DNA of 64,000 nt from Chlorokybus atmophyticus. Taxonomy: Eukaryota > Plantae > Mesostigma and Chlorokybus algae. Position 1 is the first letter of the stretch. Every line of letters begins with the position of its first letter. Positions 30,536 through 41,248 of the stretch are shown piece after piece. Location: NCBI GenBank assembly GCA_009103225.1, contig RHPI01000797.1, forward strand, positions 843,723 through 907,722, in the 5' to 3' direction. The notes under the pieces are model-generated. The model was not told where the DNA came from, did not search any database, and saw nothing but the letters and a program-made list of their open reading frames with translations. A program made the position numbers and the translations under genes.

Positions 30536-33500
30536 CTAACTGGACTTACCAATTATCAACGTCAATCCCCAGGAACTGCTCACATTACCTTTGTAGTATC
30601 TAAACTGCGTCACTGTTCCCAAAGACCCATTGGCTACACCATCTTGCAGTGAAACGTTTTCTAAAACCAACACCTTTGCTCCCTTGGCGACTGAAGGTAA
30701 TAAGTTGAACTTGGGCTTGTGAATCCAGTCGTGTAGCTCGGGCACGTTCACTGCATTAGAAGTAATTTGTATTGGCACAATGGTATCGGCTGCAAAACGT
30801 TGTCTCACAATCATGCTGTTGAAAGCCAGTGTGTCTTGTACATGTGAACACAATATGGTTGCATCACTTGGTAACTGTTGTAAGTACTCCGAAGTGACCA
30901 GACAGCCACCTAACGCATCTGCTATCTCTGTTGAACTGGGTATGCCAGAACGAATCTGAATCAAGAATTCAGCAAACAGAGGGTCTGAAGCATGACGCAC
31001 TGAAACAGATAAAAAATGTTGCTTACGTAATGGCCACCTCTGTGATGCAGAAATATGGCATTTGTGGCAAACCTGCGATGTGTCTTGGACTTTGTGTCCA
31101 CAAACTGCTGGCAGTTGCTTGTGGTCACCAACCAATACAACGCCGATTGTTTGAAGAAATTCTCCACATAAACTTGCTGTAAGCGCAGCATCACCAAGTC
31201 AAACAACCGCGATGTCATCATGGAAAACTCGTCAATAACAAATACTCGACAATGATGTAACAGTTTGTAAGCATCATCCATAGCAGTTACAAACCGGAGT
31301 TGCTGACCGTTGACAGGTATTGCAAAGTTGGAATGTACAGTTGAAGCTGATGAGCTGAGCCGCAAAGCCGCAGCGCCAGTTGTAGCACTGAGTAAAACAG
31401 GTATCCCAGCAACGCGCAACTTGTGAGTGATGAATTTGGTCAAAAATGTTTTGCCTGTTCCTGGACAACCAGATATCACATGTAGACCAACCGGTGTTGC
31501 AATGATACTACTTGCGGTGCATTCTTGCTGGCTGGTCAAAGAGAGATTGTTCGCAAACGCAAACTCCTCAACATTCAATGTACCTTGAAACATTGGCGCC
31601 GATACATCTGAGTCCGTTGTCACAGTTGAAGCTGGAGATGCAGGATTGGATGATGAAGCTGTTGGATACTGCGTAGTAGGTTCTGGTGCAGTTTGACTGT
31701 CTGTCGGACCAGCTGCAGCCATAGACAAGGCATTAATAGCATTATCAGTGGTCTGCATCATGGCATTCATCATATGGTGAATCTTAACATCATTGTATAG
31801 ATGACGTTCGGCATAGCGCGTGACATGTGTCAACAAACTGCGGTTTGTGTTGTTAATGAAACCCCGCAACACACATTCTTCATAGTAAGTGCGTGATTGG
31901 TTGTTCAAAGAAATCAAATCAACTTCAGAGCGAAAAGTAACCCGCTGAAGAAGCAAATTGAAACAAAACCCTTCAGTGCTGTGTACAGGATGGTAATCCG
32001 TGAATCTGATGATGCGCGGGACAGCTAACTCATAAACGAATGCATTCAGTCTGTCTCTTAGAGTACGCACAGTGTTATGTGGCACAGTGTCTCCATCTCG
32101 GTGCATGTACTGTCGAAAGTAGTTGTACATTGTGACTCTTTCTACCTCGTCAGGCCTGACACAATAACGATGAATGGGATGCACAATTACTGTCCGTGCA
32201 CGACTGTTCACTATGCGAGAACGATTGTTAGGCAAACGCGTGTCAACATATGTTACATTGGACGACATTTGCATGATGGGAATATCTAAACATATCAAAG
32301 CAGCTTCAGCTGGAGCAATGGGTTTGGACAAGTACATTGTGTTCAATATGCGCAATTCGTTAACAGTCAATCCTTGCAAACCGAGTGCATTGGTGTCTAA
32401 TGCATCATCAACAGTGCCACAAGGTTCCATTTTTGTTGTGTACTTGACTAAATACTTGCTCCAATGACTGTCAGTGACTTGCAACACATTACAATGAGCA
32501 CCCCACAACAATAAAAGCACTGGATGTGTGGGAACAACATTGCGGTCACAAGTGCGTGGTCTGTAATAATCGTACCTGCGCGTTTCTGTGTTGAACTGAG
32601 GTCGACGATCTGGTTGTACGGGATACGGAAAGCCCATGTCGCACTTGTTGTCAAATGCTCTGCAGCCACTGCCAAAATCAGAACACTTGTGCATTTGCTT
32701 GCGTACAACATATTCATAAAGGACTCGCAGTTTAGAATCAGTTGGTACAATTATTTGCTGATTTGCATGGTCAAAATCTCCGGGGATAAACGCAGTGATT
32801 TCACTGCAAACTCGTTTAACATCGTCGGGATGTAACCACAACATAACATGTGCATGCAAAGATCCACGGTGTTGTGTTTCATACCTGATAACATAGTGCA
32901 TCACACGTCCAAGGATATCCTTTTGCATGATATATTCTTCAAAGAAGGTGCTGAACCGATGATGAAACAAACGTGCGCACTCCACAGGGGCATCGCGCCA
33001 ACTAAGTTGCGTGGAGACATTGTGGAGAACATTCTGCAAATCAATGATCTCAGGGAATTTGGTACTGGACACTTCATCTGCAGTCATGGTGACAAAGAGA
33101 TGAGGCATACCCCAATGCTCAACCAGACACAGCAGCTCACTCAACTTTTGTCGATGCCAACTCGGAGATCCAATGATGTCACCAGGGACACGAAATTTTA
33201 CAGCGTTTTTGATGGCATCGTTGATTGTGGCAGTAGGTCGTTGTTTGAGGAACTTTTCAATATCAGCGTCCACAGCAACTTCGCGGCACTTTCTGACTGT
33301 AAGAAGTGATTGACGGATTTGGTACATCAACAGCAAATAAGGCTTGTACAATGTGAAAACTGAGAACGATTGTGTAAGACGGAACTTGACATAGTCTGAC
33401 AGTCTGCTGTACACGTTACCATCAAAGAACCCACGATTGTGCGGAAACAACATGGGAAACAGAGCAGACTCAACAGTTAAACCAGGAATATTGTACACAC

Positions 33501-34332
33501 CACCTGTATCCATGTGTATCAAAAGAGGAACACAAGGCTCACGCAGCGACATATGTCCAACGCGCAACATGGTGTCCACTGTGACTTCAACTGTGCTGCG
33601 CGAAGGAAATGGCAACAAAGTGGTTAAAACGTATGTGTATGCTGATTCACCAGCAATGTTCAAAGGATTACGATCCTGTGCACGAGACACAATGCTACGA
33701 ATAGTAGATGAACCGACAGTGGGGATGCCGTCAGAACCAAATGGTTGTTCTGCCAAGGTCTGATATTTCTGAACCAGAGTGTTGGACGATAATAGCTCGC
33801 TCAACAACTCCAGCAACAAGATGGCATGTTGGTTCTGATGTGTAAACTCATCCCAAGTGATAAACGGACCGTTAATCATATTCAACTGCTGAATTTGGCC
33901 CGAAGTGAAACTGTATGAGTTATATAAGTCGCAAAGCGCCATGGACGTGTTAACAAGGGACAACATCTGCACTACCATTGGATGTATCTCCAACAACTTG
34001 CGAATGTACACTGCGCTGTGTAATACAATGTAACTGGAACGCTCCGACCCGTGACTACATCGATGGCATTGGTAGTAATCACTATCACACTTGGTATAAT
34101 CGGACATAAAAACATTAGCCAAATCATATGGTGCAACGGTGGATACTGATCGTCGATACATTGGACGATAAGTAGCAGCAGCAGAGTAAAACTGTACATG
34201 CCCGCACAAAGAACAACATTGCATTCGCGTGACAAACTTACGTTGTGCATCTTGCCAACAGGAAAGCAAATCATCGCAGTTGTCCCACAATTCGCAATGC
34301 TGAGACAAATCGCAATGTTGCTCATAAGTCAT
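30536..34332 (-). pseudogene. Helitron RepHel (HUH Rep + PIF1 SF1B helicase), frameshifted at ~31160 and lacking recognisable helicase motifs V/VI
   Basis: N-terminal CxxC..CxxC; GSPSWH...GMPHLFVTMTADE; YETQHRGSLHAHVMLWL (HUH); YLVKYTTK (catalytic Tyr pair); GCPGTGKT (Walker A); SATTGAAA; TVHS; FVIDEFSMM (Walker B). It continues in another frame as VVLVGDHKQLPAV...SVRH...VANGSLGTV. Confidence 0.92.
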
Positions 34333-34481
34333 AGCGGATGACGAAACAACACACCAGGAACATATCAACCGCCCTAGCATTTGTCGCCATCCAAAAGAAC
34401 CATCTCGGCACAGTCCAGCAATGAGGGCGTGCAAAGGTGCAAATCCACATGCACAATATCTCTGATGTGTAGTAAAATTTT

Positions 34482-34570
34482 GCGATATGATTACATATGC
34501 GGCGATATGGACCAACATGGTGCCATATGATTACATATGCGGCAATATGGCGCAACATGGTACCATGTGA
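34482..34570. repeat. 10-bp-period array D (40-bp higher-order unit)
   Basis: atatgattacatatgcggc.atatgg..caacatggt.ccat twice. Confidence 0.85.
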
Positions 34571-35216
34571 TTAGCAAACGCTGTTAAGTGTTTCAAAACT
34601 AAATAATCAACGTAACGTTCACGCCACGGTACGTGCTGCGAGTTTTAGTAGATAATGCTGAGGTTACGACCATTAAAATAATGCTAACCTGAATTACCTT
34701 AACGTTAAGATTCAACTAAACGAAAAATTGCATCGTTAGGCCACCATTTGGTCACGCATGAGATTGATCAAATGGGATCGCAACGGTGACAACAGCCAGT
34801 TGCTCAAAAAGGCAGCAAAATGGTCAATCATTGCAAAGATGCGTAAAAGATGCTCAAAAATATCTCAGCGGCAACCGCTTACCAACGGCGACCCAAATTG
34901 CTAGGGATTTAGTGCAATTGCGGCACAGTTAGTGGTTAAAACGGCCGCGTTTTTGGCGGTACGAGGTCGGAACAGGCCCCATACCCCAAAGACATGCCGC
35001 CACTACTCACCCTTGTTCTAACTAATCCACTCTACCCTTTAACGCTAATTGATTACACGCTATAGTTACTGCGTCATCAAACATGGTCAACAGCCGAACT
35101 ACTATCGTTCATGAATTCTCGGCTATACGTCCCTCGATATACAGGGGCCAACACTTGGTAGTTTATCATGCGACTAACGATGGTGCGCACTGAAACTTGT
35201 CCCCGTTTATCGTTTT

Positions 35217-35366
35217 ACGCCCTAATAGCGGCAGTCAGCCGGCTACCGGCCATACCTCACGTTATGTGGAGTATATGTACCCCATTAGACCGGCGCAAAG
35301 CGGCACTTGCGCTGCAGCATGATCGGTCGGTGGGCAATCGGCCGGTCATCGAGAGTATTAGGGCGT
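35217..35366. other. Compact foldable element: candidate structured ncRNA or transposon terminal structure
   Basis: 11-bp closing inverted repeat acgccctaata/tattagggcgt; inner stem CTACCGGCC/GGTCGGTGG; two hairpins (ATACCTCAC..GTGGAGTAT and GCGCAAAG..CTTGCGC); T runs downstream. Confidence 0.4.
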
Positions 35367-36474
35367 TAGGAAGCGTTAGAGGGCGTTAGCGACGCTGCTT
35401 GATGGGTTTTGCAACTTTTCGTTCTTCGGCGCTGGATGTTTTTTTAGGTTTGTGTTTTAGCTAATTGTATCATTTCACAGTTAATCTCAGAATGAACAGT
35501 TTGTGTTTCTATGGTACTTAGTAAACAGTAACCACTAGTTGCAAGCTTGCAAATAGTGTTCTAGCACAACCACAGCTGCTAACCGGCTTCGCCAGGTTTC
35601 GCCAGCATTGGCCAATACCGCCAAAGAGCATCCACCGATCGCCAAGGGCCCTGAGGTTTCACCGTTTACACTGGAAAGGCACTTCCGTCGCAGCAAATTT
35701 CAGTCGTTGACGAAGTCGCTTCGCCGTACGCTTTGGAGCTCCCCTCGGCTCGTACGGTCTCATTGTGGGCCACGCAATCCGTTAGACTCATACATCATCA
35801 CGTGACACACAAGCCACAAGCCAGTTGCAGAAAGCAGCAGAAAGGAAAAGTGGTGTGAAACTTTTGCTGCTCTGCCGCGAAAGCTTCTCGTGGGCCAGAA
35901 GTTCTGGCACTGTTGACAAGGTTGTCGAATGACAACACATGAACAGGCTGTGTGGCTGTTGTTGACGGCAAACGGTTTGTTACAAACCCAAACATGAGTG
36001 TGATGACGAGTTCGTCGTACGGCGGGCCTCACCCTCGCTCTCGTGCTGCCCTGCCCCCGTCCGTACGTACTCTGCCGATTTCGTCTCAACAACCAGCTGA
36101 GGAAGAGAGACTGATATCCGCTTGCTCGATGGCCAGCCAACCGCGACCGCGACTCCTCCAGGCAAAACACAGCGATATCTGCTCCATGCCGTCCAGTATA
36201 TAGACCAGCTTTATCCCAAAAATGTAATTTCCAGTCAGTGGCTGAGGTGGACTGACGCAGAAGCAGAGGCAGGCGGCGGCGGCGGCGGCGGCGGCGGCGA
36301 GGAGGCTGTGCTTGGGGTGGACAGCGAAGCGTGTGACCAGGCATGACAAGGCAGTAGAGGACGGATCGGAAGTGTCAATTGAGTTGAGCTACGCAGGGAG
36401 GAGGGAGGCTCTAGGTTCAAGTTCAGGGTCCAACCACCCACACCTGCCCCCCGGCCCAAGCAGTCACCGACGCC

Positions 36475-39041
36475 ATGGCAGACTACTACCCCGCCCCCGG
36501 GCGGAATCACCTGTTCGTGCCCGGACCGGTCAACATCCCCGAGCCAGTGCTGCGTGCTATGACCAGGTATGTTGCTGTTGCTGCTGCTGCTGCTGTTGAT
36601 ATTGTGGTTGTTGCTGCTGGTGGTGTGTAAAGGGTTAGCTGTTTCTCGGTGTATAGTTGTTGGGAATATCCTGGACAGAAGCAAATGGGTTTTGAGTCAT
36701 GTTGATGCTGGGAGGTGTGCTGTTGTGTGCCACCCCCTCTGCATGCCCGTGTGTGTCTCGACGTGTGTGGAAGCGTTTACGCGTGGTGTTGTATGTGAAT
36801 GTGTGTGAACCATCACGTGTCCACAACAGGAACAATGAGGACCACCGATCTCCCGCGTTCCCAGCCCTCAGCAAGTCCGTGATCAATGACACGAAAAAGA
36901 TCTTTGGCACGGAGACCGGCACGGCGTTCATCTTCCCGGCGACGGGCACGGGCGGCTGGGAGTCCGCCCTCACCAACACTCTATCACCGGGAGACCGCAT
37001 CCTCACCTTCCGCTTTGGACAGTTCTCTCTTCTGTGGGTCAACCAGGTGAGACACACACTTCTCACCCCAACCAGCATATATTCACAGTGTGGATCTCTC
37101 TCTTGTGCAGCATGCATCATTTTTGTGTAAGCGTCTCCTGTATATGGTGGCATACAGCCGTAGAGATCTCAATATGCGGCAATGGCATAGGGGATTGCAC
37201 TGGCAATGTTAGTGACCTAAGCGAGCTGCTGGGGCACCCTCCTAGTTATGGCCTTGTGGTGTATGTTGGCACTGGCATTAGAGTACACCAAGTTTACTTG
37301 TGCTGCTGGTGTGCGTGTAAGTTTGCATTATGTATGTGGGTGATTGTGCAGGCGAGTAATATGAAGACATTTTTGATCTGCGGAATTTCGATTGCCTATC
37401 GTGCTGTTGTGAACGTGTTCTGCAAAGCACTTGCCTTGCCTTACTTTTGCCCATGTGCAATTTGTTGTTCTCTCTCAGATGGAGAGGTTGAGGTTTGACG
37501 TGGATGTGGTGGACGTGCCCTGGGGCGAGGGTATAAATCTGGACATCCTCCGGGAGAAGCTGCGCGCTGACACTGGCCGCAAAATCAAGGCCGTCGCCAT
37601 CGTGCACAACGAGACCTCCACCGGCGTCACCAACCGCCTCTGCCAAGTCCGCAAGGTGCGCATGTGGTCACTTATACATGTTAGTAGCACACATGTTGGG
37701 TGTGTTGGGTGTGGCGCACACAGACCCACAACTTACTGCTGTCCAGGTTATGGATGAGGTGAACCACCCTGCGCTGTTCCTTGTGGATGGCGTGTCCTCG
37801 ATTGGCGCCCTGACCTTCAAGATGGACGAGTGGAAGGTTGACGTGGGTCTCACGGGCTCCCAGAAGGCCCTCTCCATGCCCACTGGCCTGGCTATTGTGT
37901 GTGCCAGTCCCAAGGCCCTTGAGGCCGCCAAGACGGTGAGTGCACATTAGTATTGGCAGTTACAGAAACTCGCATGTCATTGAGTATGGGAAGTCCTGAT
38001 ATCAATTGTGTGTATGTGGTGCTGTGTCTATGATAGGCGTCGAGCACAAGGGTGTTCTTCGATTGGGGAGATTACCTGAAGAGCTATGCCTCGGGCGCTT
38101 ACTGGCCATACACGCCTTCGATCCAGCTGCTGTATGGTCTGCGCACCTCCCTCGACATGCTCTTCCAGGAGGGCCTCAAGGAAGTCAATGACCGCCACCA
38201 CCGCCTTGGCGAAGCCACCAGGTGCAGAGTCCAACAGTCATTACAAGCGCCATACTTATGCACGCACATGCATGCGCAGAGGAGTGCTCGCAGCTGCATG
38301 TTTGCACATACGTGTGCAGACATGCAGCTACACGCACAAATGCACACGCGAATGCACACATTATGCTCGTCAGACACATTGTAATTGTTGTTGCTTGACA
38401 AGCCACCAGTGGAGTCTGCTATCAGCAGTAGTTGTTGTTGCGTGTCTCACATGTCCACATTGTTCACAGGGCTGCAGTAAAGGCGTGGGGATTGAAGAAC
38501 TGCACGGCGCGGCCTGAGTGGCACTCGGACACGGTGACGGCGGTGGTGGTTCCCGACGGCATTGACTCCACGCAGGTCGCCCGCCACGCCTGGAAGAAGT
38601 ACAACCTCTCCCTCGGCCTCGGACTCAACAAGGTCGCCGGCAAGGTCTTCCGCATTGGCCACCTCGGCTCCATGAATGAGGTGTGACACTGGTGAACGAA
38701 AGCATCTATGTTGGCTTTGCTGCTCTGTTTGCTGGTGTGGTATGTGACTGTGTGTGGCTGTTGAGTCCAAGCGGGGTCACATGTGTGCTTGTGGCACACT
38801 TATGTGTGAGTACACGCGTCCCTACATGTGGGCATGTGTGTATGTGTGCACGCCTGTTCGTGGCTGTGTTCACAAATATATTGACATCATGTTATGTTGG
38901 CAGGTTGCCATTGTTGGGGCCATTGCGGGTGCAGAGATGGCGCTGCTTGATTGCGGCGTGAACATCACGCCGGGAAGTGGAGTGGCCGCGGCGCAGGCTG
39001 TGCTGCGCAAGCTCACGCCCATGATCCCGTCGCGCATGTAA
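36475..39041 (+). CDS. AGT1: Serine:glyoxylate aminotransferase (peroxisomal, photorespiration), 7 exons
   Basis: PGRNHLFVPGPVNIPEPVLRAM; NNEDHRSPAFPAL; IFPATGTGGWESALTNTLSPGD; VHNETSTGVTN; LVDGVSSI; TGSQKALS (PLP lysine); YWPYTPSIQLLYGLR; FRIGHLG; C-terminal SRM (PTS1 type). Confidence 0.97.
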
Positions 39042-41248
39042 ACAGTGTAGTGATAGCTGCATGTAAAACAACCAAGAGGATACGTGTATAGCTCTCTCTT
39101 TCTTTGAGGTAGCTGGCTTAGGGCGGTTGCCCGCATGGCTCTCCATGAAGAAGCATGCGCTGTGTACTTGATGGGTTGATTGACTCTTGATCAAGCACGT
39201 CAGTTTGATAATGAAATGACCAGTGCCTAAGGTGGTAAGCTTGAAGCTTGTTTGCCAGTACATATCATGTCATGTTGCAATGGGCCTCATGTAAGAGCAC
39301 AAGGAAGTGAGAGGTTGCAGCTGGTAAGCTTACTGCGTACAAAGATCACTTCATTGTTCAGTTGAGGTTTTAACCATTTTGACCACAATGCGGATGATAT
39401 TGTACGTGTTGCCAGCAGTATGCGCTTCGCAACATTGACACAGATGAGACAAGCTTGTCAAGGCAACCAACAGTGGCAAATGGTTGTCAAGTTGCCAGTT
39501 GTCGCAGATTGCCCATGCTAGGGCATGACGAAATGATTCTTGTTTTATGGCATTGAGATGCTTGGTGTTGTTAGTTAGTGGTGTTAGTTAGTTCGCATTC
39601 AAACACAAGCGATAAATCTTCTATGTACAGGATATGTGCGAGACAATTGGCAATGTGTGCAAAGCGGGTATGGGTGTTAATAACGGTTCATAACAACAAT
39701 GTTGCCCACAAATAGCACATGGCAGCTGATATCAGCTGCTCATGACATGTCATTTGCAGGCTAGCTCAAACCCATGCATGTCGTGGTGGTCTCATACAAT
39801 GTCATGTATACAAGTCTTCTTATCGCATTGCATCGAGCTTATTTCCCAAGAAGAAAGAACCGGTCAAAGAATCTGAAGTTCGCACGCAAAGGAGGAGGGG
39901 GGGGGGGGGGGTAACATACACTCATAGCCATTTTATGTTGCAACAAGCTATCTATGATAAGAGTTGTCCCCAAACTTATACACGGCGGGTATATGCATTA
40001 CACGTTTTACCAATTTCAACCCTTCATGTGCACGAAGCCTCAATAAACTGAAAAGCCTTTGCTGCCGGTCATGGTGTGTGACCGGTAGGGGAAAGGCATT
40101 TCAATAAAATCGCGTGATGCACTCGCACAGTTGAAATTTAAAATTGTACTTTATATTACAAATGTTATATTCCTACAACCCATCAATAGCGGAAACCGTA
40201 TTAATGAATTCATACTTTCGGAGTGCCCTCCTTTTCGTTAAAAAAGGGGCACACTGCTAAGCTATAAAAAACCCCTTTCCTTTATACGTGTATAGGCCCC
40301 CCTTGGCATGAAATTATAAAGTGATTACAGTCGGTTACACTTGGACTACAGTTGTGTTACGCACTCATTATGTTTGGTATGTCACATGTTATATTTTATG
40401 ATAATGAAAGGTAGTCTTAACCTATTACTATGCCTTCTTTCTACAAAGACGCCCCGCAAATCAATTTGAGCGAAGCACTATATTAAAAGGGGGCATGCTT
40501 GGAGTAGCATACATATCGTTCACTGGTTCTTAGTGCATAGTGAATCAGTGAATACAGTATAAACACTGGCTCATTGTATAGTGATGTGGCATACGAGCTA
40601 GCACATGAAATTATTAATCTTTGCCGCAGTGTCGCTTTAAGTGACTTTTGTATTGTAATGCTTTTTATGATTATAAGGTAATTCATATATCCACGGTGAA
40701 GGGTTGGTGCAGGGAAATAGATACATCTTTCGTGCAACAGCATGCTTGATAAGCATGTCAAAACAAGCATATTTACAGAGTTGATAATATGTCACATGTT
40801 GCATTTCATGTGTTTAACTACTCAATATACGAAATCACCAAAGCGCACAAAAGCCTCGAGTATATTGTATGCGGTCGAAGCCATTGAGACCACGCAATAC
40901 TCTGTTACTGTATGAGTTACTTACGCAATATTCGTGATTGTGCAAATGCAAACAATCAGATAATCAATGATGCAATGCTCGTGGATTGTTGCAGCGAAGT
41001 TTTTATCTTTTGAGTCTGCATTTGAACGTATATTTCTTAAAGAAGTATAGCGTTGAAATGGTTGTAAGAGGCATGATCCAGTATACTGTTATGTTCCAAT
41101 CTCAATGCTATGCAAATGTCACCTTACGAGTTGTCAAGATCACATATGCCTCACAGTACTTACGCTCCGTATCTATGTACTGTGCGTACTACGGGCCTGT
41201 ACCAAACCACCGCCCACTGAGCACTGTTCACCATTGGCCACGTGCACC

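Larger units (their letters stand above)
24750..35400 (-). mobile_element. Helitron2/Helentron-like rolling-circle element with accessory GIY-YIG and RING genes; boundaries approximate
   Basis: RepHel ORF with HUH and PIF1 motifs, two adjacent non-housekeeping genes, shared decamer arrays, and hairpins near both presumed ends. The region sits between host genes YAF9 and SGAT. Termini were not formally identified. Confidence 0.7.

Noticed and set aside
31150-31175. Programmed -1 ribosomal frameshift in RepHel
   Set aside because: G AAT TTC is not a canonical X XXY YYZ slippery site and I saw no downstream structure; a 1-nt deletion or assembly error is simpler.
34333-34518. N-terminal extension of the 1185-aa RepHel ORF
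   Set aside because: It starts at a non-ATG codon inside array D; the first in-frame ATG before the Cys-rich region is at 34332.
25312-34570. CRISPR-like interpretation of the decamer arrays
   Set aside because: There are no constant 23-50 bp repeats with unique spacers and no cas genes; units are contiguous and degenerate, in a eukaryotic context.
35217-35366. Telomerase RNA or RNase MRP assignment for the structured element
   Set aside because: CCCTAA is only a single partial repeat and is paired in the closing stem, so it is not a template. GAAACTTGTCCCC resembles MRP CR-I, but no GGGGCT CR-V follows downstream.
39039-39041. Non-canonical TAA/TAG=Gln code as used by some ulvophytes
   Set aside because: SGAT, YAF9, the FNR-like gene and the TRF4-like gene end in TAA at plausible C-termini; for SGAT it directly follows the PTS1-like SRM.
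40064-40085. Hairpin CCGGTCA-TGGTGTG-TGACCGG as another Helitron end
   Set aside because: No CTRR at the expected distance on either strand and no other support.
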